Positions 1 to 10,886 of a stretch of 64,000 nucleotides of DNA are shown here, one piece after another; positions within the stretch are counted from its first letter, which is position 1, and each line of letters begins with the position of its first letter. A program made the position numbers and the translations under genes. Where the stretch lies: the NCBI GenBank assembly GCA_963769025.1, contig CAVYKI010000003.1, positions 768,001 through 832,000 of the forward strand. The letters run 5' to 3'. Source of the DNA: an uncultured Verrucomicrobiae bacterium (GTDB taxonomy: Bacteria > Verrucomicrobiota > Verrucomicrobiia > Chthoniobacterales > Chthoniobacteraceae). Below the pieces are notes generated by a model, which had not been told where the DNA came from, ran no database searches, and was given only the letters and a program-made list of their open reading frames with translations.

Positions 1-741
1 TGCCTGAAGGAAGGCGTGGCGAACGACTGGTCGCACCGCGATGCGCTGGCGAAGCTGCTGCGCTTCGAGTCGAGCGCGACCGAGGGCGGGAAGTTCACGA
101 GCCTCGCGGACTACGTTTCGCGGATGCCGGAGGAGCAGAAGGAGATTTACTTCCTGAGCGCCGCGAACCGCGAGGCGTGCGAAGCCGCGCCGAGCTACGA
201 GGTGTTCCGGGAGAAGAAGTGGGAGATGTTTTTCCTCACCGATGCGCGCGACGAGTTTGTCCTGGAACAGCTTCGCGAATTCGACGGCAAGAAGCTCGTG
301 GCCGCGGAAAAAGCGGACGTGAAGCTGGAACGCGAAGCGAAGGGCCTCGATGAGGACACGGCGAAGAAGCTGGCGGAATTCATCAAGGAAGCGGTCGGCG
401 AACGCGTGGGCGAAGTGCGCGTGTCGAAGCGGCTCGTGGGCAGCCCGGCCATCGCGCTTTCCTCGGACAGCGAGATGACGGTGAACATGCGCCGCATGAT
501 GAAGGCGCTCAACCGCGACGGCGAGGCCGGTCCGGAGCCGAAGCCGGACATTGAAATCAACCCCGACCACGCGCTCATCGTGAGCCTTGAGAAGATGCGC
601 AATTCCGACGCGGAACTCGGCAAGGCCGTGGCGATGCAGGTCGCAGACCAGGCGCTCGCCGCCGCGGGATTGCTGGACGATCCGCGCACGATGCTCGGGC
701 GGATGACCGGCCTGCTCGAAAAACTCTGCGCGAAGCCGTAG
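1..741 (+). CDS. htpG: Hsp90 chaperone HtpG, C-terminal part (5'-truncated by window)
   Basis: Frame is open from base 1. LKEGVAND...AKLLRFESS, SLADYVSRM..EQKEIYF, DEFVLEQLREFDGKKL, VRVSKRL..SPA and EINPDHALI are HtpG middle/C-domain motifs. Confidence 0.95.
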   Translation, partial: CLKEGVANDWSHRDALAKLLRFESSATEGGKFTSLADYVSRMPEEQKEIYFLSAANREACEAAPSYEVFREKKWEMFFLTDARDEFVLEQLREFDGKKLVAAEKADVKLEREAKGLDEDTAKKLAEFIKEAVGERVGEVRVSKRLVGSPAIALSSDSEMTVNMRRMMKALNRDGEAGPEPKPDIEINPDHALIVSLEKMRNSDAELGKAVAMQVADQALAAAGLLDDPRTMLGRMTGLLEKLCAKP

Positions 742-847
742 GCCGTTCACCAAAGGCGACCCGGCGCTCAGTAGTTGACCCCGGTGCGTCCGGGCTGTCA
801 GATTGGGAACGACCGCCCTGCGGTTCCAACAACAACTACACACCCTT

Positions 848-1231
848 ATGAAACAATACATCATCATCGCCGCCATTGCCGCGCTGGGCTTCACCGCCTG
901 CGAGAAGAAGGACGTCGAAACAAAAGCAAAAGAAGACGTCCAGAAGGCCATGGACAAAGCCACTACAGAGGTGGACAAGGCCACCAAGGAAGCCAAGGAA
1001 ACGGTGGACAAGGCGACTCAGGAAGCCAAGGAGACCGTGGACAAAGCCAAGGCTGAGGCGAAAGAAGCAGTCCAAGCCGCTGCGCCTTCGGCCCCGGTTC
1101 CTTCCGCGCCCGTTCCTTCGGCACCGAAGCCTCCGAAGCCTGCGCCGACCACCGACGAGGTGATCAACGCTCCGCCGGACGCCGCTCCCGCACCCGCGCC
1201 GAAGCCCCCGACTCCCCCGGCTGGCAACTAA
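848..1231 (+). CDS. Small lipoprotein with 11-aa amphipathic repeats and Pro/Ala-rich tail
   Basis: ATG at 848; MKQYIIIAAIAALGFTA-C lipobox; VDKATxEAKET x3; PSAPV repeats; followed by an intrinsic terminator. Confidence 0.85.
   Translation: MKQYIIIAAIAALGFTACEKKDVETKAKEDVQKAMDKATTEVDKATKEAKETVDKATQEAKETVDKAKAEAKEAVQAAAPSAPVPSAPVPSAPKPPKPAPTTDEVINAPPDAAPAPAPKPPTPPAGN
971..1069 (+). repeat. Three imperfect 33-bp coding tandem repeats
   Basis: Units start gtggacaa at 971, 1004 and 1037. Confidence 0.85.
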
Positions 1232-1257
1232 GCGACGCATCCCAGATTCCCAACAAG

Positions 1258-1292
1258 ACCCCGGCTTCGAGAGAGGCCGGGGTTTTCTTTTT
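1258..1292 (+). terminator. Rho-independent terminator
   Basis: accccggcttc-gaga-gaggccggggt hairpin followed by a T-rich tract (tttcttttt). Confidence 0.85.
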
Positions 1293-1413
1293 CGACGACG
1301 AACGTTCTCCGCCGGCCGGAGAGCGGGACGCGCCACCGCCGCCGGGACGCCCCGCTCCGGTTCACTGACAACCGATGCCGCAGGCGCGTCACGAAAGGTT
1401 TGGGACTTTTTGT

Positions 1414-1441
1414 TTGCACAAAGCGGATGCGCCGCTAGTTT
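1414..1441 (+). promoter_or_regulatory. Putative sigma70 promoter of rpmE-prfA
   Basis: TTGCAC-16 bp-TAGTTT, 26 nt upstream of the rpmE ATG. Confidence 0.4.
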
Positions 1442-1467
1442 GCGCGCCCCATTTTCCGCAAAAAGCC

Positions 1468-1698
1468 ATGAAAGCCGAAATCCATCCCGAATACACCGAT
1501 ACCACCATCTCCTGCGCATGCGGAGCCGTCATCCACACCCGCTCGACGCGCAAGACGCTGCAGGTCGGCATCTGCGCTTCGTGCCATCCATTCTTCACGG
1601 GTGAGCAGAAGTTCGTCGATACCGCAGGCCGCATCGAGAAGTTCACGAAGCGCTTCGGCGGCACCGAGCTTCGCCGGAAAAAGGTCGCCAAGGCCTAG
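1468..1698 (+). CDS. rpmE: 50S ribosomal protein L31 (Zn-binding, four-Cys type)
   Basis: MKAEIHPEY...CACG...[24 protein letters not shown]. Confidence 0.97.
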   Translation: MKAEIHPEYTDTTISCACGAVIHTRSTRKTLQVGICASCHPFFTGEQKFVDTAGRIEKFTKRFGGTELRRKKVAKA

Positions 1699-1779
1699 CT
1701 CCGCAGATCCTGATTTTCGCGACGGTGGAGGCGCCATGTGCGGCTCCACCGTTTCGTTTTTTGCCACGACAAAAGCGCC

Positions 1780-2856
1780 ATGGACTTCACGCCATTGATG
1801 GATCGCAAGCGGGATCGCTTCGCCGAGGTCGAGGCTGCCGTGGCCGCGCCCGGTCTCTACGACAACCCGAAGAAGGCGCAGGAAATCCTCCGTGAGCACA
1901 GCCGCCTGAAGGAGTCGCTCGCGCTGTGGGACGAATTCCAAAAGCTGGAGCGCGAAATCGCCGACAGCCGTGAACTCGCCAAGGGCGACGACGAACTCGC
2001 GGAGATGGCGCGCGCGGAGCTGCCTGACTTGGAAGCCCGCGTGGCGAAGCTGGAGCGTGAGGTGCAGTTTTCGCTGCTGCCGCCCGACCCGAATGATGAC
2101 CGCGATGCCATCATGGAAATCCGCGCCGGCACGGGTGGCGATGAGGCGGCGCTTTTTGCCGCGGACCTGCACCGCATGTATTCGTATTACGCGGAGACCA
2201 TCGGGCTGAAAATCGAGCCTCTCGAGTCCTCGCCCAGCGACTTGGGCGGCTACAAGGAAATCATTTTCAAGGTCACCGGTGAAAACGTGTTCCGGAAGCT
2301 GCGCTTCGAGAGCGGCGTGCATCGCGTGCAGCGCGTGCCGGCGACCGAGGCGCAGGGGCGCATCCACACGAGCGTCGCGACTGTCGCCGTGCTGCCGGAG
2401 GCTGAGGAAGTGGATTTTGAACTCAAGCCCGACGACCTCCGCATCGAAGTCTGCCGTTCCGGCGGCCCCGGGGGGCAGGGCGTGAACACGACGGATTCCG
2501 CGGTGCAGGTGATGCACATTCCCACCGGCACGATCGTCCGCTGTCAGGACGGACGCAGCCAGCAGAAGAACAAGGAAAAGGCGCTGACCATCCTGCGTTC
2601 GCGCCTGCTGGAGAAGAAACAGCGCGAGGAGGCGGAAAAATACGCGGCGCACCGCAAGAGCCAGATCGGCAGCGGCGACCGGTCGGAAAAAATCCGCACG
2701 TATAATTTCCCGCAGAACCGAGTGACCGACCACCGCATCGAGCTCACGCTCTACAATCTCGATCGGTTCATGGAAGGCGACCTCGGCGAAATGCTCACCG
2801 CGCTCCAGGAAGCGGACCTCGCCGACCGGCTCGCCGCTGCGAACGCCGGGAACTGA
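1780..2856 (+). CDS. prfA: Peptide chain release factor 1
   Basis: [29 protein letters not shown] (PxT, RF1-specific); [26 protein letters not shown]. Confidence 0.97.
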   Translation: MDFTPLMDRKRDRFAEVEAAVAAPGLYDNPKKAQEILREHSRLKESLALWDEFQKLEREIADSRELAKGDDELAEMARAELPDLEARVAKLEREVQFSLLPPDPNDDRDAIMEIRAGTGGDEAALFAADLHRMYSYYAETIGLKIEPLESSPSDLGGYKEIIFKVTGENVFRKLRFESGVHRVQRVPATEAQGRIHTSVATVAVLPEAEEVDFELKPDDLRIEVCRSGGPGGQGVNTTDSAVQVMHIPTGTIVRCQDGRSQQKNKEKALTILRSRLLEKKQREEAEKYAAHRKSQIGSGDRSEKIRTYNFPQNRVTDHRIELTLYNLDRFMEGDLGEMLTALQEADLADRLAAANAGN

Positions 2857-3032
2857 GGCAGCGCCCGCGCGCCGGGATTGTCGCCCACCGAAAGAGCCGG
2901 CTCGAAGCACTTTTTGCCGCCTTCGGTCGCGTCGCCCGGCAACAGACGAGCCGGCGAAAATATTGGACCAATTTCCGGATTGCGCCCGAAGCGATTGAGC
3001 ATAAGTTCGCGCCCCTTTTCTTCCAACACGCC

Positions 3033-3992
3033 ATGATCACCCAACTCGACCAACTCAAGAAACTCACCAAAGTCGTCGCCGATACGGGCGATTTCGAATC
3101 CATGAAGGCCTACAAGCCGCAGGATGCGACGACGAATCCCTCGCTCATCCTCGCCGCCGCCTCCAAGCCGGAGTACGCGCCGCTCGTGGACAAGGCCGTG
3201 GCCGACCGCAAGAACAGCGGCCTCACCGGCGCCGCGCAGGTGGAGGACGTGATCGACAACATCCTCGTGAATTTCGGTCTCGAAATTCTGAAGATCGTCC
3301 CCGGCCGCGTGAGCACGGAGACGGATGCGCGCCTGTCATTCGACAAGGACGGAAGCATCAAAAAGGCCCACCAACTCATCGCAATTTACGAGAAGAACGG
3401 CATCAGCCGCGACCGCGTGCTGATCAAGATCGCGAGCACGTGGGAGGGCATCAAGGCCGCCGAGGTGCTCGAAAAGGAAGGCATCCACTGCAACCTGACG
3501 CTCCTCTTCTCGCTCGCGCAGGCGATTGCGTGCGCCGAGGGCGGCATCACGCTCATCTCGCCTTTCGTCGGCCGCATCCTCGACTGGTACAAGGCCTCGA
3601 CGAAGAAGGATTACGCTCCGACCGAGGACCCCGGCGTGGTGTCGGTCACGCAGATTTTCAACTACTACAAGAAATTCGGCTACAAGACCGAGGTGATGGG
3701 CGCGTCGTTCCGCAACAAGGGCGAGATCACGGAGCTCGCGGGCTGCGACCTGCTCACCATCAGCCCGGCGCTGCTCGGGGAACTCCAGGCCAGCACGGAG
3801 CCGATCGTGCGGAAACTCGACGCGAGCGCCGCGAAGGGCATGGACATCGCCAAGCGGCACATCGACGAAAAGACGTTCCGCTACGAGGTGAACGATGACG
3901 CGATGGCGACGGAGAAGACGGCGGACGGCATCCGCAAGTTCGCCGCGGACATCGTGAAGCTCGAGCAGCTCGTCGCGAAGAAGCTCGGCTAA
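3033..3992 (+). CDS. tal: Transaldolase (large, TalB type)
   Basis: [59 protein letters not shown]. Confidence 0.97.
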   Translation: MITQLDQLKKLTKVVADTGDFESMKAYKPQDATTNPSLILAAASKPEYAPLVDKAVADRKNSGLTGAAQVEDVIDNILVNFGLEILKIVPGRVSTETDARLSFDKDGSIKKAHQLIAIYEKNGISRDRVLIKIASTWEGIKAAEVLEKEGIHCNLTLLFSLAQAIACAEGGITLISPFVGRILDWYKASTKKDYAPTEDPGVVSVTQIFNYYKKFGYKTEVMGASFRNKGEITELAGCDLLTISPALLGELQASTEPIVRKLDASAAKGMDIAKRHIDEKTFRYEVNDDAMATEKTADGIRKFAADIVKLEQLVAKKLG

Positions 3993-5338
3993 CGAGCCTC
4001 CACGCGTAACCGCTCCAGCAAAGGGCGGTGGTCGAAAAAACCTGCCGCGCCCGGTGGTGCCGGGATCGTATGCCCGTCGCCGAGCCAGATGCGGCCGGCG
4101 TGCAGAGCCGCGAGCGCGTCGGCGTTGAAGGCAAAGTATTTTTGCGGCCGGGTGCCGCCTTGCAGTGCGACGAGTGCGGTCATGCCCCAGTGATCCATCG
4201 CTGTGCGCGCGACCCACGGGACGGCCTCGTGCGGGACGACGGCGCGCGGGTCATTTGCGATGTCGTTTTCAAGCCGCACGACGAGCCGGTGCCAACCGAG
4301 TGACTGGAGTGCGATGACGACGAAGAACACGGCTGCCGAAGCGGGCGCGAATGCGAACGAAACCGGCTTTCCCGGCACGCGACGCGCGGCGAGGAATGCA
4401 GCGATGAGGAACGGGAATGCGAACGGCACGACCCACCGGCGGTAGTTGATCGCGCCCGCCCAGCGCTCCGGCACCGCAGCCCACCACGCCCACAGCACGC
4501 CCGTGGCGGCAAGTGCCAGCAACCCCGCGCGCTGCGCGCCGCGGCCACGCGCGAGTGGCGCAAGGGCGGCGAGCCACATGGCGAGCATCCCGTAGAGCGG
4601 CGGGCCGACCACGCCGTCACACCATGTCGTGGCGATCTCCGACCACGACATGCGCTGCGCCGCGTAGCTGTCGTGCAGCGCACCCGACCAGTTCGGGTTC
4701 GAGATCCACAGCACCTTCGCGATTGCAAGTGCGAGCAACACCGCGAGTGCCGCCACTTTTGCGGACTGTGCGCGTCGGAATTCCGGCTGCGATCGGCCGA
4801 CCAGCCACGCCGCGATCAGCGCCGCTCCGAGGAGCAGGATGCCCGCCTGATGAGAGAGTTGGAAAAGGGCGAGCACGCCGAGCGCACACGCACAACGCCG
4901 CGACACCGGCACGAGCGCGCCGAGGAATACCGGCCAGAACATCGTCTGCTGCCAGATGCTGTCGTTGATCACGAACGCCTGCCCCGGCAGTCCCGCGAGC
5001 GCGACGCCGAACGCAGCCCATACGATCAGCTCCGGCCGGTTCCGCCGCACGACGAGCCACGAGATCCCCAGGCTCGCCGCCGGAGCGGCGATGAATGGCA
5101 GGCCGAATGCAAACGTGAGCGCGGTGAGATTATCCGTCGCGCTGCTCAGCGCGACGCAGGGCCACCACAGCAGCCACGAGTGGAATCGCGTCTGGTAAAA
5201 ATACGGCTTCTGCTCCACGAGGCTGACGGCGAGCTGGTATGCGCCGTCCCACACGAGCGGCAGGCCGCAGACGCAGGCGATGATTGATGCCGCGACGAGC
5301 AGGCCGCACGTCAGCCACACCGCGCGGGCCGCGCTCAA
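3989..5338 (-). CDS. Polytopic membrane protein, possibly GT-C fold
   Basis: 449 aa with many hydrophobic segments; acidic WDG motif just after TM1; TTG start overlaps the epsI stop. Function is inferred. Confidence 0.65.
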   Translation of the reverse strand: MSAARAVWLTCGLLVAASIIACVCGLPLVWDGAYQLAVSLVEQKPYFYQTRFHSWLLWWPCVALSSATDNLTALTFAFGLPFIAAPAASLGISWLVVRRNRPELIVWAAFGVALAGLPGQAFVINDSIWQQTMFWPVFLGALVPVSRRCACALGVLALFQLSHQAGILLLGAALIAAWLVGRSQPEFRRAQSAKVAALAVLLALAIAKVLWISNPNWSGALHDSYAAQRMSWSEIATTWCDGVVGPPLYGMLAMWLAALAPLARGRGAQRAGLLALAATGVLWAWWAAVPERWAGAINYRRWVVPFAFPFLIAAFLAARRVPGKPVSFAFAPASAAVFFVVIALQSLGWHRLVVRLENDIANDPRAVVPHEAVPWVARTAMDHWGMTALVALQGGTRPQKYFAFNADALAALHAGRIWLGDGHTIPAPPGAAGFFDHRPLLERLRVEAR

Positions 5339-6030
5339 TGGTACTGGACGGTGTCGAGGTGGATCTTCGGCGCGAGCATCGCGATGAAGTTGCGGATGGC
5401 CTGCTGCGATCCTTTGCGTGCGGCTTCGTTGTCCTTCGGATCCTTCTGGGGCGGCACGATCCCGCTCACGAGGATGAATGCCCAGCGCTGGTTGACGCCA
5501 CGGAAGAGCCGGTCCCGATTATCGATGGCCCAACGTTCCCAGTGGCCGTTGCAGACCTCATCTTCTCCGACGAACCAGTAGAACGCCTGCAGATCGAGTG
5601 TGACGGGGCTTTTTTCCGCCTGGATGAGACGGCTGCAGCGCAACTGCGTGACGGGGAAAGTCCCGCGCGTCGGCAGCGACACGGCAAAGGTGTCGCTCTC
5701 CCGCCGGGCCCATCCCTGCGCATCGAGGCAGCGCTCGGGGCGGTGGATGCTCGTGCTCATATCGCGGCCGGAAAGGACGATGGTGACGGTAATTTCGTGG
5801 TCGCCGAGATTCCGGTAGACCTTGCGGATGATGCGGGTGCCGGTGGCGACACCGAGGCCGAAGCGTTCCTTGTCGGTGATTTCCCCGTCGGTGCCGATCC
5901 AGTTGGCAACGTAATCCGGCAGTTCCATGCGGATGCCGGTGGGTTGGTTGGGGCTTTTCGGGAGAAGGAAGACGGTCGCAAACCCGAGCGCCATGAACGC
6001 GAGCAATGTGGCAAGCCGGCTAGTAGTCAT
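5335..6030 (-). CDS. epsI: Exosortase-associated EpsI family protein
   Basis: N-terminal TM; SIHRPERCLDAQGW motif; YWFVG; overlaps the exosortase 3' end; ATG at 6030. Confidence 0.88.
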   Translation of the reverse strand: MTTSRLATLLAFMALGFATVFLLPKSPNQPTGIRMELPDYVANWIGTDGEITDKERFGLGVATGTRIIRKVYRNLGDHEITVTIVLSGRDMSTSIHRPERCLDAQGWARRESDTFAVSLPTRGTFPVTQLRCSRLIQAEKSPVTLDLQAFYWFVGEDEVCNGHWERWAIDNRDRLFRGVNQRWAFILVSGIVPPQKDPKDNEAARKGSQQAIRNFIAMLAPKIHLDTVQYH

Positions 6031-7099
6031 AGTGCAGCGGCTTCTTGGGCTTCGGTGCCTTCCCGGGTGCCGGGGAAGATTTGGGAGCGGCCGACTTGGC
6101 CGGCTGCGCGGCAAACCATTGCTCGAAAAGCGCACGCCAGTCGCGATTGATCAGCGATCCAAAGCCGGCCATCGCGGCGACAGCCACGGGGAAGAACACG
6201 AGGCCCGAGTAGTCGTGGTAGCTCTTTGTCGCGATCTCGGGACTCACAAACCGGGCGAAGAGGACGACGGAAAACACGCGGGCGAAATTTCCCAGCACGG
6301 CGAAAATCAGCGAACTGCCGAAGAGGATCACGCCCCGCACAGTCCCGCGCATCACAAAGTAGGCGTAAAGTGCGGCGATCGTGCTCATCGCCATGAGCGA
6401 CCGGATTCCCGAGCAGCCGCCCGCGACCTCCATCGGCGGAAACCTCCCGTCGGCTGACGTGATGCTGCTGCCATCCACAAGGATCGGGATGCCGCAGATC
6501 GAGGAAAGAATCTGGATGGCCTTCGCCGTGAGCACCTGCAGGGACGCGGTGCCCTGCACGACTCCGCCGAGCGGCGTCATGAAAAGGAGAAAGATGCACG
6601 GAAAGAGAACAAGCCGGCTGATCGGCACGCCAAAAAGAAAACGCGTGATCCCGTAAAACAGGAACGGCAGCGCAAAAATCGTGTACCGCGCCTCCGTGCA
6701 GCGCACACCCGCGACATAAAGCAGCACGCCAGCTCCGACAAACCACAATCCGGAATTGCTGCCCCGCTTCGGCAGCACGGCGATCTCCTTCCATCGGAAA
6801 AGGACGAGCAAGACGGATACCGGAAGGATGAACCAGCAGTGCTCCTGATCGTTTTCCGCATTCCACCCGGCCGAGATCCAGTGCGCGGCACTGATTTTCA
6901 TCCCCACGAATGCCTTGATCCCAAAGTAGGCGTACCCAAGCACACCGATGAGAAGGCCAAGCAGCACCGTCTGCACGGGATTTTTCCGGCACCATCGGAA
7001 CAGCGCGGCAAGCAGCCTAGGGACGTCGGGAAACAACGTCCGGTCCGCTTCGCGAACCGGTTCATCGAGATCAACGATGGGTTGTGAGGTCTCTGCCAT
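6020..7099 (-). CDS. Exosortase (EpsH/Xrt family)
   Basis: Multi-TM protein with Cys-Arg-His triad: VAGGCSGIRSL, GNFARV, YHDYSG. Confidence 0.93.
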   Translation of the reverse strand: MAETSQPIVDLDEPVREADRTLFPDVPRLLAALFRWCRKNPVQTVLLGLLIGVLGYAYFGIKAFVGMKISAAHWISAGWNAENDQEHCWFILPVSVLLVLFRWKEIAVLPKRGSNSGLWFVGAGVLLYVAGVRCTEARYTIFALPFLFYGITRFLFGVPISRLVLFPCIFLLFMTPLGGVVQGTASLQVLTAKAIQILSSICGIPILVDGSSITSADGRFPPMEVAGGCSGIRSLMAMSTIAALYAYFVMRGTVRGVILFGSSLIFAVLGNFARVFSVVLFARFVSPEIATKSYHDYSGLVFFPVAVAAMAGFGSLINRDWRALFEQWFAAQPAKSAAPKSSPAPGKAPKPKKPLHYDY

Positions 7100-7192
7100 C
7101 GCGGCGAACCTACCGCATACCAGGCGTCCTTCAACGCACTTCTCGGGTGCCTTCGCAAGGCGTCAACCCCTCCCGGCGCGACGGCGCCGCGG

Positions 7193-7912
7193 TCAAAGGG
7201 CGAAGCCGGCGGACTTCGCGTCGCGATCGAACATCCGCACCGTGTCCAGCGAGAGATCCGTGAGATCCATTCCGGCCATCTTGATCGCCTTGGCCAGGAT
7301 GTCGTGCTGGACGGTCACGATGTGCGCGCCGCACGCGTCGGCCTGGAAGATATTGAGCACTTCGCGCACGCTCGCCCAGAGCAGTTCCGCCTTCGGGAGC
7401 GGATTCAGGATCTCCAGCGACTTGCGCATGACATTCACCGGATCGCGCCCCGTGTCGGCGATGCGACCGGCGAAGACCGACACGACGGATGGCACCTCCG
7501 GGTTCAGGACTGCGGCGACTGCGCGCACCTGCTCGACGGAGAGGATGGCCGTGACGTTGAGCTGCACGCCCTCCGTCGCGAGGTCGCGGATGAGATCATA
7601 CGACGGCGCACCCGCGGGATTCATCACGGGGATCTTCACATACACATTGCCCTGCCACGCCGCGATCTTCAGCGCCTGCCGCCGCATCTCGGCGAAGTCG
7701 TCCGAGAACACCTCGAAGGAGATCGGCTTGTCCTTTACGGTCTGCAGGATGTCCTTCGCGAAGCCCTCGTAGTCCCGGATGCCGCTCTTGTTCATCAGCG
7801 TCGGGTTGGTGGTCATTCCCTTGATGAGCGGATTCGCGTAAAGCTGGACCATGCCGGCCTTGTCGGCGCCGTCGGCGAAGATTTGCACGCGGAGATGTTT
7901 AAGCGAGGTCAT
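7193..7912 (-). CDS. Small transaldolase (TalC/FSA fold), sugar-cluster associated, LmbR-like candidate
   Basis: IFADGAD, MTTNPTL, ISFEV, VYVKIP (Schiff-base Lys), LNVTAI, SVFAGRIAD, LLWASVR. Confidence 0.9.
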   Translation of the reverse strand: MTSLKHLRVQIFADGADKAGMVQLYANPLIKGMTTNPTLMNKSGIRDYEGFAKDILQTVKDKPISFEVFSDDFAEMRRQALKIAAWQGNVYVKIPVMNPAGAPSYDLIRDLATEGVQLNVTAILSVEQVRAVAAVLNPEVPSVVSVFAGRIADTGRDPVNVMRKSLEILNPLPKAELLWASVREVLNIFQADACGAHIVTVQHDILAKAIKMAGMDLTDLSLDTVRMFDRDAKSAGFAL

Positions 7913-8046
7913 TGGGGCTGGGCTGTGGCACGCGCGGACGGCTCAAATTCCGCACATGCCGCTCCCTTAAAGCAGGCGCGGTGCCCGCGGCCCTGAACAT
8001 CTCGCCGCAGGCCCGAACGTCAGGCGGGAAGCGGTGGCCGCCCGCC

Positions 8047-9033
8047 TCAGATCACCTGCTTCGTTCCCTCGAAATCGAAGCGGAAACGCACCTCGCGTCA
8101 GGCCGGCCTGCCGCATCGCATGCCGCAGACGCGTTCTTGTCCTCGGCGTAAGAACATCAGGAATCCGCCGCCGCCCGCGCCGATGAGCTTTCCGCCGAGC
8201 GCGCCATTCGCCATCGCAAGGTCGTACCATTCGTTGATCTGCGGGTTGCTCATCCCGCCGGAGCGCTCCTTTTTCCGCTGCCAGTGCACGTCCATCAGCC
8301 GCGCGAATTCGCGCAGATCGCCGGACTCGAGCGCCTCCTTGCTCTGGAGCCCGAGCTCCTTGACGAAGTGCAGATTGTCCACCATCGCCCTGTCCAGGCT
8401 CTTGGTCCGGTCGTTCTGCTCCTTCAGGATCGCAGACGCCGAACGCGTGTAGCCGGTGAAGAACAGCAGCAGGTTGTCCTCCAGATTGAAGAGCGTCTCC
8501 TCGTCGATTTTCACGCGGCAGGACCTCGACCTTGCCGCCCGGGAGAAAATGAAACGAGGTGAGGCCGCCGACCGCCGCGATGTACTGGTCCTGCTTGCCG
8601 ATCGGCTCGTCGCAGCTTCTCGATCTCGATCTCGCAGGCCTGCGCCGCGATCTCCGCCGGGACGCACGATGTTCTTTCTGTAAGCGTGCAGCGCCTTCAG
8701 CAGCGCGGTCGTGAAGCTGCCCGACGAGCCAAGCCCCGTGCCCGCCGGGATGTCCGCCATCGAGGTCGAGTTCCAGATATGCGCGCATCCACACCGACGC
8801 AGCTTCAGCGCTTCGCGGATGATCGGGTGCTCGAGCTCGTCCACGCTCTTCACGCGCTCGAGCTTCGAGTACTTGACGATCAGCTCGTGCACGAAGGTCC
8901 GGTGCAGCGTGATGTAGACGTATTTGTCGATCGCCGCCGCGATGAGGAAGCCGCCGTGCTCTTCGTAGTAGGACGGCAGGTCGGTGCCGCCGCCGCCGAG
9001 GGAGATGCGAAGGGGTGAGCGTGTGATGATCAT
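8047..9033 (-). CDS. GHMP sugar-phosphate kinase (HddA/LmbP-like), several frameshifts
   Basis: MIITRSPLRISLGGGGTD, DIPAGTGLGSSG, GKQDQY, GGKLIGAGGGGFLMF and C-terminal RFRFDFEGTKQVI* are spread over different frames. Confidence 0.88.
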
Positions 9034-10025
9034 GCGTAGCCGCTCTTTTTGTAAATCGTCTCGACGATACGCAGCGCCGCCGCGCGCTTCGCGCAAGCCC
9101 GGGGTTCGGCGCGCGCCCGAGGCGGATGTCTTCGATGAAAGCCTCCGCACTCCAGCCGCCACGACTCGTCGCCGCGCGGATACTCGAAGATCGTCGTCTC
9201 CGGCGGCCCCATCTCCGGCAGCATCTTGTAAAAGTGCAGCCGCTCGACGCCGTAGCTGCCGCCGAGTCCTTCGATGTGCAGCTTCCCGTCGCGACCGTAG
9301 ATTTCGAGGGAGAACAGATTCTTCCACTCCGTGCAGCTCACGTGCAGCCACGCGGTCTGGTCCTGCGCGGTGCGGAGATTGAGGAACGCGTTGTCGTCCA
9401 CCGGCATGTCCCAGAAGTAGGTCGTCGCGTGACCCGTCGATGCTCGTGAAATCGCCGAGGAACCAGCGGGCGAGATCGATCAGATGCACGCCCTGGTCGA
9501 TGAGTTCGCCGCCGCCGGAGAGCTTCGGATCGGCGCGCCATTCGCGGTCGTAGCCCGACCCGTCCGCCGTGCCCGTAGCGCCCGCGGAGAAACATCAGCG
9601 GCCCGAGCGACGCCGGAGTCCGCAAGCTCGCGCGCCTTTTGCAGCGCCGGGTGGAAGCGGTGATTGTATCCCACGCGGACAATCACGCGCTTCTCCTCCG
9701 CCAGCACGCGAAGCGCTTCCGCCTCGTCCGCCAGGAATGCACCGGGCTTCTCGACGAGCACGTGCTTGCTGGCGCGGATCGCGTCCCCGGTCAGCGGGGA
9801 AAGGGCGGAGTTCACCGTGGAAACGATCACCGCATCCACGTCCGCCGACTTGAAGACCTCCGCCGGATCCGTCACCGCGCGGCATCCCGGCACCGTCGCG
9901 GCAAGCGACTCAGCCCGCCCGCGATCGAGATCGCACACGACGGCGAGCGAGCCCGCCGGCAGGCACGCCGCGCGCTTTTTTCCAATCAGCCCGCAACCGA
10001 TGATCGCAAATCTCACCGCGCTCAT
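9030..10025 (-). CDS. Gfo/Idh/MocA family oxidoreductase, frameshifted
   Basis: AIIGCGLIG, HVLVEKP, VGYNHRFHP, GGGELIDQGVHLIDL across frames; start and stop overlap the neighbours. Confidence 0.88.
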
Positions 10026-10886
10026 TGTTCCCACTTTTTGCCCCGGTCCTCGGGCACGATTCGCCGCAGTGTGTAGATGTCGCCGAATTCGTCGCTTGTG
10101 CGTGTGCAGCGTCGCTCCACGGGTCCCACTGCGCGGAGATGAGCCGCCCCGTCACGCCGTCACTGTCTCTGCTGCGCGAGGTATGCGCAGAGATTTGCCG
10201 CGAGTCCTGGCGGCGTGGCGCCATCCTCGGCCCACTTCTCATTCTTCGCGTAAAATGCCGCGCCGACTTTCTCCGGCCCGGCGTCGAGGACCTCCTGCGA
10301 TCATGCGCGTCTTGAGCGCGCCGGGCGCGACGGCGTTCACGTCGATGCCGTGCGGCTTCAGCTCCTCGGCCAGCGTCTCCATCAGCCGCACGACCGCCGC
10401 CTTCGACGCCGCGTAGGCACTGATGTTCGGCAGCGGATTCGTCGCGCCGCCACCGGAGATGATGATGATCTTCCCTCGGGCCGCGGCCTTGAAGTGCGGG
10501 ATCAGCGCGCGGCACGGCAGCAGCACGCCGTAGAGGTTGATCTCAATCGCGCGCGCCCACTCGGCAAATGGCACCGTCCTCGGTCGGCCCCATCGGGCCG
10601 TAGACGCCGGCGTTGTTCACGAGGATGTGGATGGCACCCATCTCCGCCAACGCGCCGGCGACCAGCTCATTCACCTGCGGCTCGTAGGAAACATCGCACG
10701 TGCGCGCGAGCACCTTCTGCCCGGCTGCGCGACCGCCGCGAGTTCCGCGCGCGTCTTCTCGAGCAGCGCCGCGTCCCGCGCGCAGATCATCACGCTCGCG
10801 CCTTCGCGGACGAAGTTCTCCGCAATGGCCCGACCCAGGCCCTGGCTGCCGCCGGTGATGAGCGCGTTGAGTCCCTGGAGTTTCAT
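10022..10886 (-). CDS. Short-chain dehydrogenase/reductase, frameshifted
   Basis: ITGGSQGLG, LVNNAG, YAASK, VNAVAPG; C-terminus DIYTLRRIVPEDRGKKWEQ*. Confidence 0.88.

Noticed and set aside
1080..1231. PEP-CTERM sorting signal in the Pro-rich lipoprotein tail
   Set aside because: No VPEP motif followed by a TM helix and basic tail, here or at any other C-terminus I examined in the window.
8098..9489. Oxidoreductase-GHMP kinase fusion ORF
   Set aside because: A patchwork of frames. The kinase has its own ATG at 9033 overlapping the oxidoreductase stop.
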